A DNA stretch of 63,142 bases, counting the filler, from Candidatus Rokuibacteriota bacterium (GTDB lineage Bacteria > JAUVQV01 > DATDCY01): the NCBI GenBank assembly GCA_031406795.1. It is 5 parts of 5 records of this genome, joined end to end, with 100 filler letters (N's around TTAATTAATTAA, not from the genome) between each part and the next. Parts side by side here need not be neighbours in the genome. Positions count along the whole stretch, not along the records: positions 1 to 20,474 come from JANOHV010000021.1; 4 more parts are not named here. One strand, 5' to 3'. The position numbers and the translations under genes are program-made. The stretch's first letter is position 1. Every line of letters begins with the position of its first letter. The notes under the pieces are model-generated. The model had not been told where the DNA came from. It made no database searches and saw only the letters and a program-made list of their open reading frames with translations. Below, one piece after another: positions 1-9,000 of the stretch.

Positions 1-140
1 GAGGGGCTGACGCCATTATTGCTTTGCGCTGCTCCCGACTCAGCGGGCGGTTCGAAGATTTCTGGGAGCGACGCTCAAAATGCGCCGCGTGATCAATGCG
101 GCCCCCGATGGTGCTCACTCAACAATCCTGTCGTGCACCC
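1..140 (+). mobile_element. Right end of an ISKra4-like insertion sequence
   Basis: The transposase tail is followed about 30 bp later by CAATCCTGTCGTGCACCC (ending at 140), which resembles the terminal inverted repeat of this family. The left end lies outside the window. Confidence 0.6.
3..92 (+). CDS. 3' end of a transposase, ISKra4/UPF0236-like (5'-truncated by window edge)
   Basis: Manual translation from position 3 gives GADAIIALRCSRLSGRFEDFWERRSKCAA-stop, matching my recollection of the GA.AI.ALRC..LSGRFEDFW C-terminus of ISKra4-family transposases. Not in the ORF track. Confidence 0.75.
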   Translation, partial: GADAIIALRCSRLSGRFEDFWERRSKCAA

Positions 141-239
141 ACCGCCGAGCTGCCGGGCGTCGGCAGCACGATCCGTGGTCTGAACGGATGCGGCCGTCGA
201 GGTCGACCCCGCCTCCCGCATCCGCTCACGATCCCGGCG

Positions 240-911
240 TCACCGGAGTATCAGGCCCAGAAAGTCGTACGAGACGCTGAGCATGAGCATGTCAATTTTG
301 TCCTGATCGAAGTGCGTCCGCTCGTACTGCGCCTGGAGGCTCCAGGTCCGGTGGAAGCGCCAGCTCACCCCAGCGCCATAGGTCAGGTCCATGCCGGAGT
401 CCGACAACTCCCGGCGGACCGCCGGCTCATCGGGGATATCGAAGCGGGTGCCCATCTTCTGCTTCCACAAGTTGGCGCCGAGGCGGCCAAACACCTGCAC
501 GGGGCCGACGTCGTAGCCGAACATCAGCGAGAAGCTCCACCCGGTGAAATGCATCCTGGATTCCCCGGTGCCGGAGGTGTTGTCGTGCGGATCCTGGAAG
601 TCGAAGGGCACGTGTACAGCGCCGAAGTCCCAGTAGCCCGCTTCGAGGCCGACGTTGTCGGTGATCCAGTAGCCGGCCATCCCCGCGCCCCCGAGACCGG
701 TGTCCTTGGTCGTGAACTGAAACGCGATTCCTTCCACCTCCCGCCCCTGATCCGCCGTGAGCACATTCGTCGAGCCGAACCCCCCCGTCAGGTAGACCAT
801 GTGCCTGCGCTTCTGCCAGTAGTCCCAATCGCTCTCCGCCGCCGCTGTCGTCGACCAGGCGAGCAGCAGACACGCACTGCAGAGGATTCGCACCAGCCAC
901 CTGACTGCCAT
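240..911 (-). CDS. Outer-membrane beta-barrel protein (OmpA-like transmembrane domain)
   Basis: Signal peptide ending AAA-E; alternating amphipathic strands (VGLEAGYWDFG, LTYGAGVSWRF, WSLQAQYER, LSVSYDF); GAGGGAGG RBS upstream. Confidence 0.8.
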   Translation of the reverse strand: MAVRWLVRILCSACLLLAWSTTAAAESDWDYWQKRRHMVYLTGGFGSTNVLTADQGREVEGIAFQFTTKDTGLGGAGMAGYWITDNVGLEAGYWDFGAVHVPFDFQDPHDNTSGTGESRMHFTGWSFSLMFGYDVGPVQVFGRLGANLWKQKMGTRFDIPDEPAVRRELSDSGMDLTYGAGVSWRFHRTWSLQAQYERTHFDQDKIDMLMLSVSYDFLGLILR

Positions 912-1114
912 CTTGCCTGCCCTCCCTCGTCGGTTTCAGGCCATCCTGACATCGCCGGAAACAGCGCTGAACGGTTCACAAGCACCCGGGAATCGCGGCA
1001 GGCCGCCGCGCGACCCGTCGGTTCTGCCGGCCCTGGAGAATCGATTGCGACCGGGGAAATCATCCTCCCGCCAAATCCTGCTGTCAATGCTCAAACTGAA
1101 AAGCTCCAAGAAAC

Positions 1115-1263
1115 CCTTCAGTGAAGTGCGGTAACTTTACCCGTTCGTGGTGAGCCGTAAGCTTGACGAACGGTCGAACCACGAACGGCAAAGAGTCTTC
1201 ATGCTGGCGCCCTTCGACGGGCTCAGGGCGAACGGTACTGATCGGGCCACTGTTCACTGAAGG
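1115..1263. repeat. MITE/REP-like palindromic element
   Basis: 11-bp terminal inverted repeats CCTTCAGTGAA (1115-1125) and TTCACTGAAGG (1253-1263) enclose CCGTTCGTGGT...ACCACGAACGG and CCCTTCGACGGGCTCAGGGCGAACGG. Confidence 0.7.
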
Positions 1264-1294
1264 ATTACAGGCTCCAGCGGGAAGGAAGCGGCCG

Positions 1295-2878
1295 CTAGGG
1301 AGCCATCCTGGCGAGCGCGATGTCGGGGTTCCGCTCGCTGAAATAGCGGCACTCCCATTCGCCGGCGAAGAGGATGACCAGGTTCCCGTGCACGTCGTGC
1401 GCGAGCTGGCAGCCGCCCATCAGCGGTTTCTCGACGACGGTGGCCGCGCTCTGAGGCGCGACCCAGCGGACGGTCTTCCAGGACATGAGTTCCAGTCGCG
1501 AGTCCGCCCCGTACTCCGCAAGCAGCCGGTGCTGCAGCACTTCGAACTGCAGCGGGCCGACCGCGCCGAGCAGCGGCAGGCGCTGCGCGGCGTCTTTCAG
1601 CGCGAAAGTCTGCACCACCCCCTCCTGGAGCAGATGCTCCAGGCCCGCCCGAAAGCGCTTCGACTTCGCCGCATTGGGGCAATGCAGATACGCGAAGTGC
1701 TCCGGCATGAAGCGCGGGATGCTCTGGTGGATGACCGACAAGTCTTCGGTCAGGGTGTCGCCGATGCCGAACTCCGAGTGACCGACGAGCCCGACGACAT
1801 CCCCGGCGTACGCCTCGTTGACGATCTCGCGCTCCTGCCCGAAGAGCTTGTGGGAGCTCGAGAGACGGACGCTCGTCCCGGTGCGCGGGTGAAAGACCTT
1901 CATGTCGCGCTCGAAGCGGCCGGAACAGACGCGCATGAAGGCGATCTGATCCCGGTGCCGCGGGTCCATGTTCGACTGGATCTTGAAGACGAACCCCGAG
2001 AAGCGCGGATCGTCCGGGGCGATCTCGCCTTCCAACAGCTTTCGCGGCCCGGGCGGCGGGGCGTAATCGAGAAAACCGTCGAGCAGCAGCTGCACGCCGA
2101 AGTTGTTGACCGCGCTCCCGAAGAAGACCGCGGTCATGTCGCCTCGCAGAACGGCGGCGTGATCGAAGGATTCGCCCGCCCCATCCAGCACCGACACCTC
2201 TTCGAGCACTTTTCGGTACGAGCTCTCGTCGAGGCGTTCGGCGACCTCGGCATCGGCAAGATCGAGCACGGAAACCGGGGTGCGGTAAGCACCCCCGGGC
2301 ACCCGCTCGAAGAAGGAGACCAGCTTCCGGCGGCGGTCGAACACGCCCCGGAAGTCGGGACCGGTCCCCAGCGGCCAATTCACCGGATAGACGTGCAGCT
2401 GCAGCGTCCGCTCGATCTCGTCCAGGATCGCCAGCGGCTCGTGCGACGGCCGGTCGAGCTTGTTGACGAACGTGAAGATGGGAATCTGCCGGTTGCGGCA
2501 GATCTCGAAGAGCTTGAGCGTCTGGCTCTCGATCCCTTTGGCGGCGTCGAGGACCATGACGACGGCGTCGACGGCCATCAGCACACGGTACGTGTCCTCC
2601 GAGAAATCCTTGTGACCGGGCGTGTCCAGCAGGTTGATGCAGAAGTTCCGGTACTCGAACTGGAGCACCGTGGAGCTGACTGAGATGCCGCGCTTGCGCT
2701 CGAGCTCCATCCAGTCCGAGGTCGTGTTCCGCTGGTTCTTCCGGGCGGTTACCGACCCGGCCAGGTGCACGGCCCCGCCGTAGAGCAACAGCTTCTCGGT
2801 CAGCGTGGTCTTGCCCGCGTCGGGGTGGGAAATGATCGCGAACGTCCGCCGCCGGGCAACTTCTTTCATCAAATCCAC
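1295..2878 (-). CDS. prfC: Peptide chain release factor 3
   Basis: RRRTFAIISHPDAGKTTLTEKLLLYGGA, SDWMELERKRGIS, LLDTPGHKDFSEDTYR, NKLDR, GAVGPLQFEV; 527 aa. Confidence 0.97.
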   Translation of the reverse strand: MDLMKEVARRRTFAIISHPDAGKTTLTEKLLLYGGAVHLAGSVTARKNQRNTTSDWMELERKRGISVSSTVLQFEYRNFCINLLDTPGHKDFSEDTYRVLMAVDAVVMVLDAAKGIESQTLKLFEICRNRQIPIFTFVNKLDRPSHEPLAILDEIERTLQLHVYPVNWPLGTGPDFRGVFDRRRKLVSFFERVPGGAYRTPVSVLDLADAEVAERLDESSYRKVLEEVSVLDGAGESFDHAAVLRGDMTAVFFGSAVNNFGVQLLLDGFLDYAPPPGPRKLLEGEIAPDDPRFSGFVFKIQSNMDPRHRDQIAFMRVCSGRFERDMKVFHPRTGTSVRLSSSHKLFGQEREIVNEAYAGDVVGLVGHSEFGIGDTLTEDLSVIHQSIPRFMPEHFAYLHCPNAAKSKRFRAGLEHLLQEGVVQTFALKDAAQRLPLLGAVGPLQFEVLQHRLLAEYGADSRLELMSWKTVRWVAPQSAATVVEKPLMGGCQLAHDVHGNLVILFAGEWECRYFSERNPDIALARMAP

Positions 2879-2982
2879 GCAGCACCTTCCCCTTCATCGT
2901 CTAGCGCCCGCGAAGACCGCCGTCGATCGTCGTCGCGGGAGAGACGCGGAATGTACCTCATCTGCCCTCTCCGGACAACCAA

Positions 2983-3035
2983 CAGGCTGCTGAAAACGGC
3001 CAATGGCCGTCATTGCGAACGGAGCGAAGCAATCT
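2983..3035. repeat. REP-like repeat remnant between prfC and pfa3
   Basis: CAGGCTGCTGAAAA followed by GTCATTGCGAACGGAGCGAAGCAATCT, resembling widespread GTCATTGCGAG...GAAGCAATC intergenic palindromes. Confidence 0.5.
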
Positions 3036-3040
3036 GATGA

Positions 3041-6000
3041 TCAGGCTCCGCATGGTTCATCACCCGCGACCGTCACTGCGGGACCGCGCGGGCCATAGAG
3101 TCGGCGAGCCAGCTCGGCGAGCCAGCGGCCCCGCTCGTCGTCGCGAACCACGAGGCACCCCGCCCGGGCCCCGGCGAGCAGCGAAGAGATCTCCTCGCCC
3201 GGGGAGGCAAGGCGACGCAGGGTCTCGAAGAGGGCGGCGTGCTCGGGGCTCGCCCCCGTGTGTGCGGTCCACTCCCGGACAACCGCCTCGAACCCGGGGT
3301 CGGGGGCAAGCGGCGCCTCCTCGGCGGCCGCGCGGCCGAGCCCGTTGATTGCGGCGATCACCCGCTCCTTGCGCTCCTTGTACGGCAGCGCCGCCAGTTC
3401 CACCGGCAGGATCGCCGTGCCGAACGTGATCTGCTGGCCGCCCATGCCGGCCGGGTACTCGAGCTTGGCCGCCAGCGGATCGACCGGCAGCCCGCCCGCG
3501 AAGCGGACCGGGATCACCGGCGCACCGGTGGCGATGGCCATGTCGAGAAAGGCCCCGCTCATCTTCTGCACCGGGGCGCGGCAGGTGAGCGCGCGCGTCC
3601 CCTCGACGTGGACCATCACGGACTTGCCGCCGCCGGCGATCTCGCGCGCCAGCACGCCGATGATCCGCGGCAGCTCCTCGCGGTTGCTGCGGTCGAAATA
3701 CGTGATCACTCCCGGGTCGTGCGCGCCGGGCCAGGCGAAGGCGTGCCGGATGAGGTTCCCGAGCCAGGTCGTGCGGTGCTCGATCTTGGCCAGGGTCACG
3801 GTCAGAACACCCGAGAGTGCCGAGGCGATCAGCGAGAAGAGGATCGATTCGATGCCGACCTGATGGTTGGCCAGATAGAGCACGCCCCGGCCGCGCAGCG
3901 CGGCGAAACCCGTGGGATCCTCGAGGCGCACACGGCGCACGAAACGCCCGGCGAGACCGAAATAGATATCCTCCACGGGCCAGCGCCCGATCCGGTAGTA
4001 CCCGTCCCACCAGTCGCGCACCGGCGCGAAATCGAGGATCGCCGGACCGGCGTCGCTCACGGCAATCGCGCTGGCCGTGCGCTCGACGGAAAGCGGCCAG
4101 ACGGCCAGCGGCTCGGACGGGCAGCGCGCGATCTGCCGACCGGCGGCGACTTCATGTTCCGGCGCGCCCGCACAATCGGCGCGCAGGTCCACCGTCACGA
4201 TCGACGGGTGCACCGCGGCCCGTGCCCCGACGTGCTCTTTCACGGCGATCCGGCCGAGCAGGTCGTCGCCGGCCGCATAGGCGTCTGCGAGCGTGCCCGG
4301 AAGCCAGTCGCTGGCGCGGACGTCGGCGGCGGCGAGGCGCGTCTTGCCGGCCTCCTCGCGCGAGAGCCGCAGGCCGGGAACGTAGCATCGGTCGCGCAGG
4401 AACGCGCGCCGCGCGCCCGGCGGCGCCGAACCGAGCGCACCCTTGGGGAACAGGACTTCGACCAGCTCGAGACACGCAAGCACCCGGCCGCCGGCGATCG
4501 CCTGGATCAGAAAGCGGGGAAATCGGGCCTCGCCGTCGAAGCCGGCGAAACGGGTCTCGCAGCGCACCTCGCCGGCATCGGGAAGCGGCGCGAACAACCG
4601 GAGCGAGACGATGCGGTGCGGATAGGCGACGCGGTCGGCGGGAATCTCGGGGCTCCAGTCGCAAAGGCGATCATGGGGGATGCCGTGGGTCAGCGCGTCC
4701 AGGAGCGCCTCGTGCAGCAGTCCGCGCCGCGCGCCGCCCGCCGCGGCGTCCAGCAGCGACGAGGAGGCGCCGGGGGCGAGCAGCAGGTCCCGCAGCAACT
4801 GGAAGGAGGACCCGTGAAAGAGGGTGCCGGACGCGTAAGGGTCCGGCGCCGGGGAGGCGTTCGCGGGCGGATCCCAGGCCGCATCAGGCGTGCATTCCGT
4901 TCCCGGCGCGTCCTGCCGCTCCCGTCCAGGCTGCGGGGTCCTGCCTGCCACCCCGCCGCTGGGGTGGTCGCTGCGGACCTCCATCGGCCTCGCTTCGCTC
5001 CCCCGCTGGAGACCTCCCCTCCGCGCCACCCCTTCGCCCCGATCGTCCTCCGAGGCAGTTGGCGGGACGATATTGCAGTCTGGATCAACAGCGGAAGTTC
5101 CGTATTTCGGAGCCAGAAATACCTGACCCGTGGCGACGGGCTCGAAACGGGAGAGCGCGTCGTTCGCGGTTTCGCGCCAGGCGAGCAGCGTCACGTCGAA
5201 GACACCAGCCCCCTGCGGGACGACCTCCGACTTCAGGCGCAGCGGACCGGTGACGGGGACCCAACGCAGCGCGCGGGCGTCCTCCACCGCCACGACGCGC
5301 ATCCCGGGCGCCCGGGACGCGGCAGCCCGCGCCAGGCGATCGACCATCGACATCAGCGGCAGGGCCGGCACCGTCCAGGTCGGCCGGTGGTCGTGGAGCC
5401 AGGCGTCGACGGCGGGGTCGAGCAACTCCTCGTCCCCCGCTGACACGCCCGCGGCAGGCTCTTCGAGCGCCGACAGAGCGTCGCGAACGATCCGCATCGA
5501 GAGGCCGCGGGCCTCGTAGATCTTCGTGCCGTCCACCCAGAGCGATGCGTCCGCCACCGCGATCGGGCCGCGTTCGTCGCTTCCGGTGCGCGTCAGATCG
5601 AGCAGCGTGATCACGCGCCGATTGCGCGGCAGCACCTGTCCCCGGTACTTCCAGGAGTGCCGCTCGCCGAGGGCCAGCGGTTCGAACCGCACCGCGCCGC
5701 CCGGGCATTCAGCCAGCCCCGCGTCGAGCATCGCGAACTGCAGCAGTTGGAGCATCGCCTCCAGACCGAGCGAGCCGGGCTGCACCGGGTCCTGGAAGAA
5801 GTGCGCCTTGAAGAACCAGGACGCGGGGTCGACCGCGCTCTCGGCGCGATAGCGTCCCAGCCCCGCCGGGCTGCCGGTGGGCCAGACGCCGGTCACGCGG
5901 TCGAGCATCAGCAGCGGCGCGTCGGCCATTCGCGGTCCCTCCCCGGCCCCTTCGCGACGCCCGGCGAGAGGATCGATCGACGTCGGGCGCTGCTCCTCCA

Positions 6001-9000
6001 GCGCTTCGCGTTCGCCTGCGGCGGCCGGGATGCCGACCTGCCGCGCCAGGGCCTCCGCGGGAAAGTAGCCGAAGACCGTCTCGAGTTCGTACACCCTCCG
6101 CTCGCCGATGCTGCACTCGACGTGGAAGCTCTCGATCAGCATGCCCGCCGACCGCGAGATCCGCGTCAGCACCGCGCGGGTGCGCAGCGTGCCGTCGCCG
6201 GGCAGAACCTCGGCGAGAAGGCGGCCGTCGCCGTCGAGATTGCGGAAACTCAGGTCCCGCTCCGACGTCAGCGGGCTGCCGGCCCAGGTCGCCAGCCAGC
6301 CGCAGGGCTGCAGCGCGGCCTCGAGCAGCACGGCGAACGGCATGCTGCGCGCGCCGTTGGCCGCGAAATACCAGGCGTCCGCGGGGATGTCGTATTCGAC
6401 CTCCACCGCGCTGCCCTCGCCCATGCCCCCCATGGCGCCCTCGAGGTGCGTGACGCGCGACATGAACTGGTAAGGCGGACCGGGGAGGCGCGCCAGCCGG
6501 CGCACGCCGTCGAAAGCGGCGTAGGCGGGGCCGAAGGCCGCCGACGGCCGTCCCCAGGCGCAGGCGAGCAGCGAGCGCCCGTCGAAGCGCAGCGCGCCCT
6601 CGGACGCGGCGACCCCCGCGTCGACCAGGCCCGCCAGCAGTTCGCGCTGCGAGTCGAGCGGCCACCCGGGGACGAGGCGCAGCCCCATCCGGCGGCAGTG
6701 GAAGGCCTTGAGCCCGTCCACCGTGCACAGGATGTCCGCGAAGAGCGTCGGCTCCGGACCGGCGGTCAACTCCTCGACGAAAACCTCATACACCAGTTCG
6801 CGCGACGCCGGGGTAACCTGGCCGCGACAGCGGATCCGGTACGGCTCCTCCGGCACCGGCTCGAAGCGCCAGCCGTCCCGCTCCAGCGTGAACCCCAGCG
6901 CGGCCAGGTAAACCGCCATGGCCTGCAGGCCCGCTTCGAACATCAGCGTGCCCGGCATGCAGGGGTCGTTCGTGAAGTGCCCCGCGAAAAACCAGTCCGC
7001 CGGTGCGATGCGATCCACGGCGCGCAGATACCCGCGTCCCCAGGGCCCGCCCGCGACGTCGATCCGCGTCACCTCTTCGAGCAGGAGCATCGGGCCGCCC
7101 GGAATTCCCGGAGTCCGGGTGTGCGCCGCCGCCGCCGCGAAGCCGGGGCCGAAACACTCGTCGGCGCGCCCCGCGGCGAAAGCTTCGAGCTGCTCCCGGG
7201 AGAGCCGCGTCCGGCCGGCGGACACAGGCGGCGGGTCGACCCGCGCGTCCTCGCGCCGCTCCGCGGTCAGCGGATTCCAGAGCACTCCAGCCGAGGCCGC
7301 AAGCTCTTCCTCGGTGAAGAAACCGGCCTGCCCGTCCCGCACGGTGAGGCGCGGAGTTCCCGCGACGGTGCAGCTGGAGTGGAAGAAGAAGAGGCGGACC
7401 GCCCCCTGCTGGGCGTGGCCATCGACGCCGATCACGTAGCGCAGGGTCTCGCCGACGACAGGGAGGCCGCCGTGGTACATCAGCTCGCAGCCAAGCAGCC
7501 GATAGACGCGCTCCCCGCGATTGAGGGCATCGACGCCGAGCCAGGAGACGAGCAGCAGGTCGGCCTGGCCGGCTTCGACCATGATCCCCGCGGGCATCCG
7601 GCCCTGGTGCAGGTACCAGGCCGCGGCGGCGATGTCGGTCTCGGTGACGACGGTGCCGTTGCCCAGCGAGAGGGGTTCGGCCTCCAGGCGCACGACGCGG
7701 TCGGCGAGCAGCAGCGGCGGTTCGGGCATGCGGACACGCCGGCGCAGGTTGTCCTGGTCGGCGAAGGCCGGACCGAAGACTTGGGAGATCCGGCCGCTGG
7801 CGTGAATCTGCAGCGCACTTCTGCCGAACAGAATGCCGCCCGTTGACCGTTCAGGCTGCGGGGTCCTGCCTGCCACCCCGCCGCTGGGGTGGTCGCTCAT
7901 GCCGGTGCTTGCAGCGGCGAGGAGCGTCGCGGCGGCGCGCTCGCGAAACGCCAGGAATTGCTGGTGCGCGGCCGCCTGCGTGTCGAGGACCGCGCGGTGC
8001 ACGCGCGCGGCCTGCGCGACCTGAGCCGCGATCTGCGCCCGCGCCTCCGGCGCGCGGCCGGCGGCGTCACCGCTTGCGGACGGCGCCGGCGAGGCCGCGG
8101 CCGACGCGACCGGAGCCGCGGCATCGCGGCCATCCGCGGCAGAGCGCCGCGGCGCCGGTGGCTGCGTCGCGCCAGCCGGCCGGTCGCCGGACGATCGCCA
8201 GGCCTCGAACGCGGTCACCGGTTCCCGGACGGGTGCCAGCGGCAGCGCGAATGGCGCCACGGGCAGCGGCGGCAGCACCGGCTCCAACAGGTGCGCCGGG
8301 TAGCTCGCCGCAGTTTCCGTGCTCTGCGCCGCGCCCGGTAGCGCGACCTCAGCCGTTTGCGCGGCGCGCACGCCGACGCGGACAAGCTGCCCGCCGAGCG
8401 CGGTGATCTCGAGTCGTACCCGGCGATCGCCCGGCCACGCTGCGCCGCCCGGACGGCGCCCCGCCGCGCAGGCGATGACCGCAGCCAGCACGCGCACCAG
8501 ACCGAATGCCGCATGCGCCCGGCCGAATCGGGCGGCAACTTCGACTTCCCCGAGATCGTCCGCCGCGACGCCGGCCGGCTCCTCCGACTCATCGGCCTCG
8601 GTCACCTCGTCGATGAGCGCGAGAACGCGCTCGCCGTCGCGATGCGCGTCCGTCAGGCGCTTGAGCGCGAGGACGACAGCGCCGTCCCCGTGCGGCCCGT
8701 GCAGACCGAGTTCGCGCGCCGCCGCCTCATGCACCGGGTCGCAGGAGAAATCGGCTGCGCCCGCCAACACCAGATCCAGCTCCCCGGCGCGGAGCGCGCG
8801 CAGCCCCACCTGGAGCGCCCTGACCCCGGAGAGTTCCTCGGCCGAGATCGTAAAACCGGGGCCCGTCAGGTTGAACTGGACATTCAGGCGATTTGCCGGG
8901 AGATTCGGCATCGTGCCGAGGACCCCGGCCCCGGCAAGCGGGGGCGACAGGAGATCGGCGGCGCGGCGAATCCAGACTTCGTCGGTCACGCCCGCGGCTG

